Shown piece by piece: positions 28,679-43,400 of a stretch of 64,000 nt of DNA. Source of the DNA: Lobosporangium transversale (taxonomy: Eukaryota); NCBI RefSeq assembly GCF_002105155.1, contig NW_019029004.1, positions 1 through 64,000 of the forward strand, in the 5' to 3' direction. The stretch's first letter is position 1. Each line of letters begins with the position of its first letter. A program made the position numbers and the translations under genes. Below the pieces are notes generated by a model, which worked only from the letters and a program-made list of their open reading frames with translations, did no database searches and was not told the origin of the DNA.

Positions 28679-29202
28679 CCTACATATTTCACCACACAAG
28701 CAAACACACTGGCATAGCATAACATGGCATCGTTGAATTGAAAGGCGATATAAGACCCTCGTTCCCTCATTGACATAGACAAAAGTGAGTCTGTGAATTG
28801 TTATATATCCATGCATTTATTGAACTAGGAGTATCTGTAACTAAATGTTGTGTGCTTTACGACTGGTCTTTTCATTCAGGCTCAACTTCAACATTCCCGA
28901 TTGAACAATCCACGAGCAGTTAGCCCTTCACAAAGACACAAAACTAATCAAGTTGGGTTGCAGCGGAAGCAGGCTAGTTCTGAATCCTGAATGTTTTATA
29001 TTTCACAGTAGGATCACGTTATCTGTACTTTTTTATGGATATATATTTATGCAAAAGTGGTCATGCTGCGGCACCAAAGAGGGGAGGAAGGGGGGAGAAG
29101 GGGGCGCGGGTCAGTCAAAGTTTCTTGACGAGTGAGGTGGATGACGAAATGACAGAGGGCTGTCTCCAAATCAAAGTTGCGCCACCACAACAAACAGAAT
29201 GA

Positions 29203-29313
29203 TAAAAAAAAAAAAAAAAAGAAAAAGAGAAGAGAAAGAGAAAGAGAAGAGAAAGAGAAAGAGAGAGGGAAAGGAAAGGAAGGGAAAGGGAAGGAGAAAG
29301 AGAGAAAAGGAGA
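29203..29313. repeat. Pure polypurine (A/G) tract upstream of SKP1
   Basis: About 110 nt of A/G only (AGAGAA and GGAAA units). Confidence 0.85.
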
Positions 29314-29627
29314 AGTATGGTCCGTATTTTGCCACCACTGTGAAGAATGCATTTTGCAATCCATGCTCGGAACACCCGTGTTATTCGCCACCAATCTTAA
29401 TTGTGTGTGTTGTGTGTGGACAATGTGGAAGACTGTACAAGAGAGAGGAGGAAAGAAAAAGGAGGGAGGCTAGTGAGACTGCCCCATCAATAAATAGGCA
29501 CAATCCTTTTCTCTCCTTTTTTCTTTCTTTCTTTTCTTCTCCACTCCTCTGTTTTCTTGCACACCACACCCATACACGACACAATAGCCACATTCGTACC
29601 AAACACTAACGCACTCACACATTTATA

Positions 29628-30475
29628 ATGCCAGTAGTTCTTACATCCCTTGACAACGAGACCTTCAAGGTCGACAAGGAGGTTGCTGAGCGTTCTATTC
29701 TAATTAAGAATATGATTGAGGGTAATGACAATACATAGAAATTACTAATGTTAAAACTACTGCAATTGAGAACATGATGTAGTCATTCTCTCTCTCTCTC
29801 TCTCTCTTTTTTTTTTTTTTTTTTTTTCTTCTTTCTTCTCCTATTCTTTCCCTTTGTGAAGTCGACCACGCTTTCTCACACACGTTTCTCCTTCTTTTTA
29901 TGTGTATCATAGACCTTGGTGAATCTGAAGCTCCTATTCCTCTTCCCAACGTATCCAGTGCTGTACTCAAGAAGGTATGTCTCAATAACACAAAGACATA
30001 AAGGAGGCCGATCTTGCACTATCGATGATACTGGTGCACAATATGAATCACATCCGCTCACGACAAAAAAATAAGCTAAAACAATCTGTTACACTTTGCT
30101 GTATCTTTCTTTAAACCCTTCCCTACCCCCTTGCCCCCTCTCCATTCATAGGTCATCGAATACTGTGAGCATCACCGTAATGACCCCATTCAGGTCCAGG
30201 ATGAGTCAGATGACCCCCGCAAGCGCTCGAATGATATTGAGGAGTGGGATATGAAGTTTATGCAGGTGGACCAGGAGATGTTGTTTGAAATCATCCTTGC
30301 TGCCAACTATCTGGATATCAAGCCCTTACTCGATGTTGGATGCAAGACTGTTGCCAATTTGATCAAGGGCAAGACCCCCGAGGAGATTCGTAAACTCTTC
30401 AACATCGTCAACGATTTCACTCCTGAGGAGGAAGCTCAAATCAAGAAGGAGAACGAGTGGGCAGAGGATCGCTAA
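29628..30475 (+). CDS. SKP1: SCF ubiquitin ligase subunit Skp1 (3 exons)
   Basis: [66 protein letters not shown] and [19 protein letters not shown]. Confidence 0.98.
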
Positions 30476-31030
30476 AAAAAAAAAAAGGAATCTTTTTCTC
30501 TTTCTTATATGTCTCTTTGAGAAGACTCAAAGCAGTGCCCATTTCCTCTCTCTGTTTCTTTTCTTCGAATGTACAGTACAATTCTATAGCCAGTTTGTCA
30601 ATCAATAAGCGCCTTGTTTTTCAATCAATAAGACAAAGTAAAAAATAAAAATAAAAAAAAGTGTAAATGTCAAGATGTTTAGAAAATATACTGCGGAATG
30701 CTGCGCCAATCATCTCTAAAAAAAAAAAAAAAAAACTTCATCTACGTGGCACAGCCAAAAGTTCAGATCTTGTCATAGAAACAAAAAGCCAAAAACGAGC
30801 TCGTTGATATGTTTGTGTTGTGTTGATGTATTTTTTTATCGTTGCTACCATTGTATGTGCCATTATTTTATTATTAATTGTTACTTTGTGATGAAATGCA
30901 AGTTAGAAGGTTTGATAATATACACAAAATGCGTGAGTTGTAATGGAATGGTAGTGAAAAAAAAAAAAAAAAAAAAAAAAAAGCTAATGTAGGTTGTGAA
31001 GAAGTTGTAGTAAGGAGTTAATGTATTTTT

Positions 31031-31563
31031 TCATCTAATGTCCAGACTTTCACGATCACGTTCACGTTCACGATCCAGTTCTCGATCGCGTCTTCTCTCA
31101 CGATCCCTAAGCACAGCCTCTTGTGCGGTCTTATTTCGCTCTGTGGCCGCAGTTATGCCCCTGATGGTTCGATCAAGTCGAGCAATGATCTCAGAACTCA
31201 GATTGCGCGTGCGAATGATTTGCGCAAGTCTTTCCTTCCATTCGCGTGAGTCCTTGCCGGTGGAGTTGCTCAATAAGAACCGAGTTTCTTGCTCAGTCTT
31301 GTAGGTCTCGAGCATAGCTTCCTTCAGAACCAATGTCTGTTTTTCAATATCCTTGACAGGTGGCTCAAAACAGCAGAGGGTGCTGTTGTAGTACATGCTG
31401 CTTGTTGGCACATGCTCTGTTCCGCCTTGATGGAAAGCAGAAAGAATAGCATTGAAGCCATCCAGGGTAACCTATTCATGAAAAGAAAAGAAAAGAAAAG
31501 AAAAGAAAAGAAAAGAAAAGAAAAAAAAAAAAAAAAAAAAAAACGTTATTCTCAGTCTTTGAT

Positions 31564-31616
<53 letters not shown>

Positions 31617-34600
31617 TTTTAATATTATACATATACTTACATCGTTCTCATCCATGCTCAACCAGGTAAGGCTTTGGTTCACTCGTAGAGTCTCTGCGAG
31701 TGCATACGCCCCCGCATCCCTAAAGCGGTTCCTACGAACATCTAGTTTGGTCAAATACCGACTCTGTCCAATCCCTGGGAACGCTCTCCAAATGTTTCTT
31801 CCCATTCTTGAAGTCAGGTCCGCGGTTTCTTCTCCTTGAAGGTACAGTTCCCCCAATCGACTCGAGCTCGCTGATACCATCTGACCCAAAAGTTTGCAAG
31901 TCTCCACATCAGGATCACGGTTCGAAGCCAAAGAGACTGAGCTCAGATCCAACTTCTTGAGCGTCCAATTTTGACTGAGACTGACAAACAATTGACGGAG
32001 AGCAGATTCACTCCAGCAGGTCTGACGTAGTCCTAAAGAGGTAGCAGTATCACCGCTGGCAAGGACACTCACCAGACTATCTGGGAGGTCCGTGCCGTCC
32101 GAGAGTAAGTTTCTGCCAGCATATATCTCGACTTTGGTATTACGGCTCTGTCCAATGGCCTCAAGAATGCTTGCAAACTGGTTTCCATCCAATCCACAGC
32201 CTTCGACCTTGAATTGTTCCATAGAATGGAATCCAGAACTTGAAATCCAGGATATGATCTGATCAAGTGTAGATGGGTGCAGGGCCATACCACTGATGTC
32301 CAAGGATGTCAGGAAGCCTCCACAGTTGGCAAGAGTCTCAGCCATTAGGATGGGCGATTTACTCCAGGATGGCAGACTCGAAAGGTTTAATCGTTGAAGG
32401 CGCATCGAGTGTTTCAAAAACATGTCAAGAATGAATGAGTTGACCTTGCTTTCTGGATTTCCCTGGATACAAAATGTCTCTAGGGTATGAGAAGCGACAT
32501 CTGGATTGGCAACAAAGGCATGCATGATCTGATTGATGCCATCGCCCGTGATCTGACAGTTGCTCACATCTAGGACTTGGAGCGTCCCTGCATGTTTGAC
32601 AATCCCTTTAGCCAAGGTCATGACATCTGCACCATCTGAAGCGCTGTTTCCAGCTAAATTCAAGGATTCGAGTCGAAGCCCTGCAGAATGGCCATCTCGG
32701 ATGGCCCGACCGATACTACCGATTGTGTTCGTATCCAGATTACAGTTGTGGAGATCAAGGACCCGTAACTGAGGGTTACCCATGACTAATTCATAAAACT
32801 CCCTGTCCAAACGGAGACCATATCGAGTTGTCCCGTCTCTTAAAGCCTTAGACTTTTGCAAGAGCGCAAAAGAGACGTTGCGCAAGATGATCTCCTTGAA
32901 CGTCGTGTTAAATCGTAAAGCTCGAAGAAGACACTTCATCTCATCCACTGAGTAATCCCGTCGTGACTCTGATCCCTCTCCAACCTTACCGACTGTAATG
33001 GTGAAGCCGTTGATCTTGACATTGTTGTAGACCTTGCGATCGACATTCAGGGCGTAGCACTCTGCACGTAATAGATCTTCAAACCCGAGGTCGATCATGT
33101 AATCTTTAGGCGGAACAGGAATCGGTCTTGACAATGCCTCAGACAAGGAAAGCTCAACTCCTTTTCGACCGGTAGGATAGAGCCAACGAAGACTTTCAAC
33201 ACGAGCACGGAGAGCGATGATGATTTCACGAGCCCTTGAAGAGACGAGCGTCATAACAACTCGCCGCTGACGAAGCGTTGTTCCAAAAGTTAATGAGAAA
33301 GTATCGTCGTACTCACTGTAACTGATTTCCTTGATAGTCAGGATCGGATATTGAAGAATTGCACGCTCATCCTTCATATCATCCTTCGTGCTTCCATTGC
33401 CGAGATTGTGGGGCAGCAAGTGAACAAAAGACTTTCCAATCGCGATCACCATGACCTTGCCCTCCAATGGCACCTTGGCTTCGCTCCCTGTGCTCTCCTG
33501 TGAAGGGATGCCTTTGATCTTTTGACTTTTAAAGTAAGCTCGCCACATACCCCCAGCAGTCAGAGCTGTAGAATCGTTCTCAGGGACACTCGGCGGTAAA
33601 GCAATGTGATCATCCCGAAGTTTGTCTACGACCCACTGGCGTTGACGAGTGCCCTTTGGGATGATTCCAGCCTGAGCAGCATGGTAATTACAGCCTTGCT
33701 TTAGTTCCCTGAGCCAGGCATCCACTTGATCTGCGGCTGGCGTGAAATGCATGGACGTAGGTTGTGAAGAAATCGAGATGAGATACTCGATCTGAATCTG
33801 GACTTCCGAGCTTCCTGCCTGATGTGTATGAACGCCTACAATAGAATTCAACGACAGAATTCGATGATCTTTGGAGATCTGCCCAGTCTGCTGTGGTGTC
33901 AGAAGCTGATGGCCCGAAGTAGATGACCAAATGGATTGGTTGCCAAAGACCTTGGAGGCCTTTTCCATGCTCTTATACTTGAGTAAACTGGAGTTGGTTA
34001 AAAGGAGGTATTCCTTTGAATCCTTACGGAACAAAGAGCTCTCTGAATGTGAAGCTGTGCCACCAAAGAGGATCATGGAATCAGGAGGATATTGTTCCTG
34101 TGTAGGCATCAGGAAGGATTCTATGGGTATATGGGGGCGTCCTTGGTAATAGCCCTCCGGATAGGCCTGTGTGTCCTCTGTCAGGGGATGAGGTGCAACT
34201 GAAAGCCTGTTGGATGCCGAATCATCTAGAGAAGAATAGGCGAAGAAAAAAAAAAAAAAAAAAAAAAAATGAAAACAATGTCATTGTGGCCATCGACAAT
34301 TGACTAAACGCGCCATACAGCCGTCCACATAGGCCTGCTTCTCCCGTGCAGCTTTCTCGATATGTAAACAAATATATTATCACACGCCCCAACATGCATG
34401 AATAAGCCATTCAAGGAAGGAAAAAAAAGAAGAATGTGTAGTTCTATGCCCAATGGACCATAGAGTGGGCGTCTCACGCGTACAAAGTGAAGTCAAAAAT
34501 GCCACGTTCCTGAATCTAAGCAATAGACTCGCTTGTGTTCTCTGTTTTATTTTGTTTACATCAACCCTATCACACACGTCCTAACCGTCTGGAATACGAA

Positions 34601-34849
34601 ACAAAGACTCCATTTAACGTTGCTGGCGTAACCAACCCTGGCTCACCATGCATTCTCCGTTAATGTTTATTCCAAATCCACCCTTTTCAAACACAATTAT
34701 GCCATAAAAAAAAAACAACCACAAGGAGGGAGGACAGCGGTAAGCATGCATGCAGCTGGTATGTTTACTTTGCATTTTTATCGATACGAAGGTTCCTCCA
34801 TTCACAAACATGTATGCATGGGCACGTTAATGCATATTGCCACATCCCG

Positions 34850-34880
<31 letters not shown>

Positions 34881-35867
34881 TGTTTCATCTCTTTGTATTA
34901 TCTGTATAGCTGCATGGCATGATCGCCAAGAAAAAAAAAAAAAAAACTTACCAAGACTTAAAGCTGAGAAATCACCTGTGAATGGAGGCGTTGTTGGACT
35001 CATCATGGGTGATGGCAAGAACATGGAGACATTCAGGTGTTGCGGCGAGTATTCTGCTACAGTTGGTTGCTGACGATGTATTGTTTGATGAGGACTAATG
35101 GGTATCGATAGCAACGCGTTCTGATAATGTTGTCGAAATTGCCTTTGCTGGAGATCTTCCTGTTGTTGGGAGATGATTCCTACATCTGAATAGTACTCTG
35201 CGTAATCAGATTGCTCTTCCAGAAATGATCCTGGAAGGGCGAGTGGTGGCATAGTGGAAAGAGTAGACACGGATAGCTCTCCTACCCCTGCCCCTACTCC
35301 TGCTCCTCCTGATGAAGTACTACTTCCACCTACAACACTATCACTAGCACTACCGCTAGCACTGCTTAGTCCAGGCGACATGCGTGGTGTCCTATATGAT
35401 GGCGAGACTAAAGAGGAAGAGGCTTGTAGCTGAGGAATCTGAATACCTAGTGTAGAGTTTGCCCTGCTGGGCTGATGTGAGATGGAACCCGACCGAGGCA
35501 TATCATCTTTAGCAGGTGAAAGTGCTGAAGGCGGTAACTGAAAGCTCATAGGTGAGGATGGTTGCGAAGGATATGACATGGCGTACGAGTTTGGTGTCGA
35601 TCGAGGTGAGGGTCTTGAGGATGGAGGTGAGGAAGACATGTATTGTTCATATTGTTGCTGCTGTCTTTGCGAATAATAATATTGATAATATTGAGCACCA
35701 GAGATAGTTGGAGAAGAGGTTGAGTCGGCCCTTTGTCGATCTGACCGAGGTGGGCGCTGTGGTACAATATTGGGGAGCTCATCGGAACTGTATGCACTGC
35801 TAATTGAATGTGGTTTGGGTTGTTGCGGGGATCGAAGGCTGATAGGAGAAAGCGTTGACGGGTTCAT
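31031..35867 (-). CDS. Large PH-like plus RNI-like leucine-rich repeat protein (CARMIL-like architecture), 3 exons
   Basis: Exons 35867-34952 (Ser/Pro/Gln low complexity), 34225-31641 (PH-like regions then LRRs such as LRVLDLHNCNL, LESLNLAGN, LTKLDVRRNRFRDAGAYALAETLRVNQSL) and 31471-31031, joined by phase-compatible GT-AG introns. Confidence 0.8.
31481..31620. repeat. (AAAAG)n, poly-A and (ATT)n microsatellites in the last intron of the LRR gene
   Basis: Visible directly; they explain the poly-N/poly-Y tails in the ORF track. Confidence 0.9.
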
Positions 35868-38800
35868 TGTTTGAGAAAAGAAAATATGAGGTTGAAGATT
35901 GAGCGAGGGATGGAGGATAGAGTGAAAGATGAAGGGCACACAACAAGGCTGGAAAGAGTAAAGCCGGACAAGAATCAGATGATGCAATTGAATGGGGGTA
36001 ATAAAATCAGAGAAAGGACGAAGTGTCAAAGGGTCTTTGTATTATAGAGGGTCACTCACCTCAGGGAATAGCAATGGGCTGATCACAGAGGCTGAGTGAA
36101 GACAGAGAGTGGTAGGATTAAATGTACACAGAGAGAAACAAATCCAAATACTCGGGGAGCGGTTTTAGTGAGAAGGAAAAGAAGAAGAAAAAAAGACGAG
36201 AAACAAGGACCGAGTGTGGATGAGTTCAGTAATACACAAACGCAGTATAGAGAGAAGAATAAAGGAAGGAAGGAAGGAAGAAAAAGAAGAAGAGTAGCAA
36301 TTGACTAATTGTAAATGTGGTTCTAAAATATGTATTATAAAATAAAATAAAAAATAAAAAATAAAAAAAAAGAATGCAAGAAAAGGGTGAAAGAGAGTGA
36401 GAATGAAGGAAAGAAAGAAAGAAAAAGAAAGAAAGAAAGAGGAAAAGAGAGTGCGTGAGCATTCATTCATTCTTTCAATGCGGAGTCGCAGCAAACAATA
36501 TAATAATATTTTAAAACAAACTTTGGCGGGTGACAGCGCATTAGGTGCCACAAGCCTCGAATCCTAAAGCGAACATTGACCAACAAAGCAAACTAAGATG
36601 TTCAACAACAGAAGCAATTGCTTGTACACCAGAGGAGGCGATGCACTTCATCATCCTCAGTCTGTTAGCGATGGGTCTTTTCTTTCTCCCCTCCTTCCTT
36701 CTATCCTACAAATTAAAAAAACCCTTGTCAGGCTATAATAAGCTGCTCTGCTTAAGCTGCTCTTCTAGACCCAACTAGCCTGTCTACTACAAAAGAAGCA
36801 ATATGCCTTGATCCTAACCACCAATATCTTTTTTTTTTTTTTTTTTTTTTTTTTTCATGCTACATGCTGAAGCTCATGTTCAAAGTTTGAACGATTTGAT
36901 AATTTTTGGAATGCCAGCGCTTGTCAAAATGCATGTCGAATTAGCTACTTGTACATTTACTTTGCTCACAAATGACCCCGTAAAGACATTATGACTCCAT
37001 GCGTAAAATAGCAAACGCCTTGGGAGCGGATTGTAACACACGTTTAAGCATAGCATAGGGCTCACCGCGTCCATTTCTCAATCCCTCTCGGTCATAAAAG
37101 CCTGTCTATATTCAACTTTGGTATCCGCAAAAAGAATGTATAGCAGACCACAGGATGAAGGGGTCATTTGCATTTCCACATACTTCAAACCAAATCTGAG
37201 ATCGCATCCATTGATGAATATTGCACAAAGTTGATATCGTGCTTGTTCAGATCTATCTACCACTCTACTCTATCGCTGATGATGTTTTATCAACAGGATA
37301 GTATATATAATAAAAAAGTGAGGAGAGTTGTACAACCACAGTTACAGCACGGTCGAATGCAATTTTGCATGTAAGCCAGGCAGGTTAGTGCTACTCGCTC
37401 ATTAGCTTAAAGGGCAAAAAATAAAATAAAAAAATGCTTTGTCTCTATGGCGCACATAGTAATGCTGATCTCCTTGGTGCTGGAGAGCGATTTGTCTTTT
37501 TGTTTCGGCAAATTTCTTTTAAAGTACAAGACTATTTGAGATTATTACAGCATCATTCTTAGTACATGTCATTGACAGATCAAAAACAAAGCGTAGCTTC
37601 TTCTCTCATATCCATTTTCCACCATTTCTACCATTTCCATCATAATGGTCAGCCCCAAGTGTCATCGGATGAAAAAAAAAGGGGGAGGAAACGAATAAAG
37701 AGGGTTGTTCCTGATGGAACACATTATTATTATTATTTTTTGTCCAAGGTTTTTTTATTCCAGACTGTTGACTGTTTGGCTACTAGGACCAATCATTACA
37801 GATAATTTCTACAACGTGCCAACGCGAAATAAAATGAATGCTTCTCTCTTTCGGTGTGCTCAAATATTTATTTCTTTCCAAAAACTTTTTGCATTACTGG
37901 CCCTCAGCTCGTGGTTTCTTTTTTCCTTATACCTTTTAGTAAGGAAGATCGAGATACAAAGATATTTAGGTAACGAGTGCTATCGAATGCAACATGTACG
38001 ACATCGAATTGTTCTATTAGAAACCCTTGAACTAACTTGCGTTATGAGCTTAAAACATGTGGTGTGCTTGACCTTTATTTTTATTTTTATTTTATTTTTT
38101 TATGCATTATTATTGTCAAGGTCAAATGTTTTCTAAGATCCAGACGTTGATGTTTACCTCGTAACATTCACTATATCCCAGAACCCTTTCTCTTCCTTTG
38201 TTCGTATCCGTACGATGCCGTGATTTATTCAAACAAATAAAAAAAATTCATGAGCATATTGTTGATGATAACAAATCGCCAAGCAACTTTGATCTGAAAA
38301 AATAAAATCCATTGACCGAAATATCTCGTGCCACTTGAACAGGATTTTCTCGACACAAATGATTCTAATCAAACTCCCATGCACACACAAAAACAAACAA
38401 AACAAACAAACAAAACAAACAAAGCAAACAAAACAAACCGTTCCCTGCACATGAAAGATGGCCAGTGCCCCCGCCCACGTTTTTTTTTTTTTTTTTTTTT
38501 TTTTTGCTTTGAGAGAAGAATACATGTCTGTTTTTATTTTCTTGAAAAAACTCCCAGAACGCATCTATGTGTCACAACAGATCATCAATTTACACATGTT
38601 GGGAAGTCATCCTCCGAATAATTAAAAGTAAACGAGTTGATCAGTGCTTTGCTATGCAGGTTCATGTGAGGTAACACACCTTCAAGAGTCGTCTGACCAT
38701 TTAACAACAGACCGAATGTTTTTTTTTTCTTTCTTCCCTTTTCTCTTTCCATTCCTTTGCAATTTGCCTCTTCATTCCGCCTCTATTCCTCAATGGGACA

Positions 38801-40464
38801 AAGAAAAAAAAAAAAAAGCTTTTCAATCATTGACACCGGTTCATAGTCGGAGAAAAGTATAGAGATATCAAACATTTAACACGTTGAATAAAAATGTACA
38901 CATCAATAAATGATCTATTGACACTATGAACTATCAAACCGACGGATCAATCAACACTAGAAAAAAGAATCCTATTGATGAAATAAATTATGCCCTACAA
39001 TGCTAATGAATTATTAAAAATTATCCCGACCGGATTAATCAGGGACCCTTCTAGTAAATTAAGTCCTGAACATCAGTGATCAAAAAAGTTTGGCTTCTCA
39101 AATGAACGTCAGTCTGGATATTCCATCTAAATATACTAAATACATTGCCTACAACTCATCCAATACGTCCCACAAAGAGCCTATGAACAATACAGCCGAG
39201 CCTGCGGGTTCTCGAGAAAACCGAAAGATCTTGAAGTACATGTAGAATCTTCGATTACACAGGCAAAAATAGATAGAGTGGTGTGCACTCTCTTGTTCTT
39301 TATTTTTATTGAATAGGATCCATTCAGGCTTGATTGCGATAGAACGCAGTCACGTCTAGGCCAGGGTACCAAATGGGAAACGCGTCGCGTAGAATAATCC
39401 ATATTGGAATATAAATATGTTAGTTCAACAAGGATGGGATGGATAGATGGATGGGCATTCTCTATGCAGCTCCAGAGCGACAAATGACTCGTTTGACCTT
39501 GTTGGCTGTCGTTGGGCTGTCAGGAGATCCGCTGACAAGTAACCTCCCCACCCCCTTTTTTTTTTGTGCATTCATTCCGGTTGCGAATGAAGATTAGTGT
39601 CGAAAAAAATCAACCTGTTTCTGTCATTCATTACATTCCCTTCATTGTGGTAATTGTTTATTCCTTCATCCTTGCATCCATTGCCAAAGATCTGCTCTCT
39701 AGGCTGCTTCAGTATATTAGTCACCCGGGTAGTGCCTAATAACCAACGCTTTGGATTTTCATCCCTGTTTGAGCCGACACCAGAGCCTATTCCTCCTTCT
39801 TCCTAACAATGGCGGTAAAGTCGGTGTAGATAGTGATGCGTTCCTTAATTTCTCAGTCCTTAATGTGTATTCCAATTCAATTGATGGTGGGATAATAACC
39901 TGTGTCCACAACTAGAGGGGGATTGAGAAGAGAAAGAAAAAGTGAAGAGGCAAAAAAGGTGGTCAAAAGATGCCTACAAAAAGAACATTCATACAACAGT
40001 GTGAAAAAGTGGAGGATGGTTGATAAGTCGTGATCAGTAGATCAGTATCATCATCATCATCGTTATTATCATTGCATTATCATCAACGTTGTCAACCAGC
40101 ATTGTTTTTCATTGTTTTCACCCACCTCTCCTTCACCATATCTTATCCTTTTTCGACTGACAGACGGATATACCTTTGATGACCTCTATATTCAACTACC
40201 ATCTTTCGACTTTAACTTGACTAATACATATCTACAAACCTCATTCCTTCTACCGCCCAACAATTCCTTAAAAATATATAGACAGAACAGGGGCCGCACA
40301 CTCCTCATAATCTATCCGATCTGAATCCTGGATCTTGTTCTGGTCCCGATCTTACGGCCACTATTTCACCAAACATATCCAGTCCTGCATCAATACCACC
40401 TACAATTCCTCCGAGACCAACATCTATTGACCTTTACAAAAGCCCCGAACCATTGTCATCATCA

Positions 40465-43400
40465 ATGCTGCCGTATAATACCAATATCACTTTCAAAAAG
40501 GGGAAAGTGTATCCAGCCGGGCGACGCGAATCAGCACCTGTGCTTTCGCGATCAACTCAAATCCCTGGCGAGGACTTACAGCAAACAAAATCCCGACCAC
40601 CGTCGAATTTGCATTTTCAGGTTCAGCAATGCTCCCAGGCAACTTATCGGAAACCGCTTCCTACTCTGCCGTCATTCCCAGCATCGGTAAAAACTTCAGC
40701 AAACATGCCTCAAGGTATGGATGGGGTTAAAGTGCCAATAGATGAAAACATGGCACAGAGCTCGCAACCTTCGTCTTACATCATCAATACCAATCATTTG
40801 CATCCAAATCGCTATACTCCACATCCGAATTCTCCACAATTGATGCCTCAGAATCTTAGTCAGGACCAGCACCGTGATCACGATGTCGATAGCAAAAAGC
40901 ACAATGCACTAGCAGTGGATATATATTCATTACGCTATCATTCAAGCATGAGTAACGATGACAGCAGTAATGGATTCTCTCAATCGCCCTCCACTTTACA
41001 TCCACCATTGGATATTCAAGGTAATGCCCGTACATCAACGCAAGCCAAGGTACAGGAGCAGCGCGTACATCACCACGAGCATGAGCAAGAGCAAAAATTA
41101 GGACACGTACATGGGTTCAGGAATGAACGAAGACAGAACCAAGATCTTGTTAAAGTTAATGAAGAGAGGGAAAGATCATTAAAGGCGCAGCAGCAGCAAC
41201 AGGAAGGATGGGCTGACTCCCAAATCCAAAGAGGCAGGAGGTTGCCCAGCGAGCGCTCTATGTTGCAACATCATCTCAACAATCTCTTGCATAATGAAGC
41301 GCCCACACTCCAGGCTTCGAACACTCATGCGACAATAACAACACCAACAACGATAACAGCCACATCATCAGCATCTACTACTGGAGCTCAGCAACAGTGC
41401 GATCAAAGACTGTCTAAGCATGACACGATAACACCCTCCTCCAATTCTTCTAGCATGGGATATAATCGCTCTTTCTCATTCTCTACCTCATCTTCTGGTC
41501 GTCGTCGGGCATCTTTTGTAGCGCCTTCACTTTTGCCTCGTCAACACCACTCTTTCAACTGCTCATCCGACCCTACTGAGCTTCAGCCCTATCTTCCTCC
41601 GCCGCTGCCTCCCGCTGGCACTAATCCACGTCAACGGAGCCGTCAGCATACCAGCTCCAGTATCGCTAGCACTGCAGAGGCTGGGGCGTTGAACCCAACC
41701 TTTGCGCTTCTTAACAGAGTTGAGGCTACCAACCCGACATCCGCCAATTCAGCCACGTCGACGCTTCATCGTAGCAGCAGGCGACATTCCTCGAGCGCAT
41801 CTTCGTTATCGATAAAAACGCAGCACATGCATTCTATTAAAAGAGGACCTAGCACGGCTGATGCTGCAAGTGTTAGTAGTAGGGGCCGGTTTTTAGAACC
41901 AGACGAGTCTATAAGACATACTGCTCGTAGCAAACCAAAAAGCAATACATCGAGCCCTACTAGACAGCTTTCGCCTTCCTCTTCGGCGTATCGTACGCCA
42001 CGCCAATCATCAAATCACCTCGCTGCTTCTCCAAGCTCGGAGTACACAGATAGGCAACAACCACATAATCATATGTCTCCTCATCCACACTTACACCTAT
42101 ACCCAGATAATAACTATCAGAACAACCAGACACCGCGCTCAAATTCACCTTTACCTTCGCCTTCACACTCACCTTCACATGCTCACTTACAAAAGCAACA
42201 AACCCAGGCACATCACCACCACCATCGTCATCATCATCACCAACAGCAGCAGCAACAGCCACAACGACAACAGCATATGGAACTCAAATCATCAGCAACT
42301 GTATGTTCATCCAAATGCAGCTCCCCAAGGCCGGTTAGCCCTAATCCGTCAAATCCTAAGCGCATTCATCATGTCGATAGAACAGCTATGACGCTTATGC
42401 AACAGTACCTGGCCTGTCCAGGTGATCCTGAATCGGAAGCTGATATTGCTATGCAAATCCTCATCTCCCAAGCTGCTGTGGATTCGAAAGGATTTGAGGT
42501 CCTTCTTCCTGAAACTGTGGAGGCTATCAAACGAGTAAGAAGGATTTATAAATATAATATTATGCCTATAGGTTATATGGATGTTTTAACTCATCGTCTA
42601 TTGTTTTTTTTCAACGCCTTGGCTCGCGTACATTTGCATAAAAAAATAACAACAACAATAACAACAAAAATAACTATGATTATTACTAGCATCATGCTAC
42701 ACTCAACACTCGAATCTCAGCCCTCACTGCTCGACTTTCTTTAGAATCCAAGATTTGTGAAGCTGCTCGGTCATTGTTGAAACTCCACGCGGATAACAAA
42801 AAACTGGCTCGACAGGCCAGTGACCATCTTGAGGCCGCAAACCGTAAAGTGGATCAAGTCTCAACGGAGCTTTGGAAGCTGACTCAGCTAGCGTCGGATC
42901 TACAGCGGACTCTTCTTCAACATTCATCAGGGGTTTTGGCCTTGGGTGTCGTCCGATTAGAGGATCAAGGTCGTCGGGAAAGGGAGGCACATGTCATTCA
43001 GCTTCAAGGAACACAAATAAGACAAGACCTTGAGCAGCAGTTGTACGTCCATCCTAGCCATAGGTGGAGTTGTTATGAAAGAATATGGTTTTCGGCTGAT
43101 TGAACTGACTTTTTATTATATTTTATTTTGTTTTGCTTTTACTAATGCACTACTAGTGAATCGATGGCGAAATTAATTATGGATTTAGAATCAGATGCGC
43201 TCCAAGCCCAGTCGCTCCTTGAGGACAAGGACCATGCAATCGAGCGGCTCATGAACCAACTTGACCATCAGCGTGAGCTATTTATTAAAGTAGATGAACA
43301 ACAGCAAAAGACATTAGCTCTTTCTCGAACGCAACAAAGGAACCTAGATGCCTTCTGTGATAACGAGCAAAAAGAGGAAGTTACAGAGATGAACAATTTT

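Noticed and set aside
27388..29609. Many Phe/Lys/Arg-rich short ORFs
   Set aside because: Artefacts of poly-A/poly-T and polypurine tracts.
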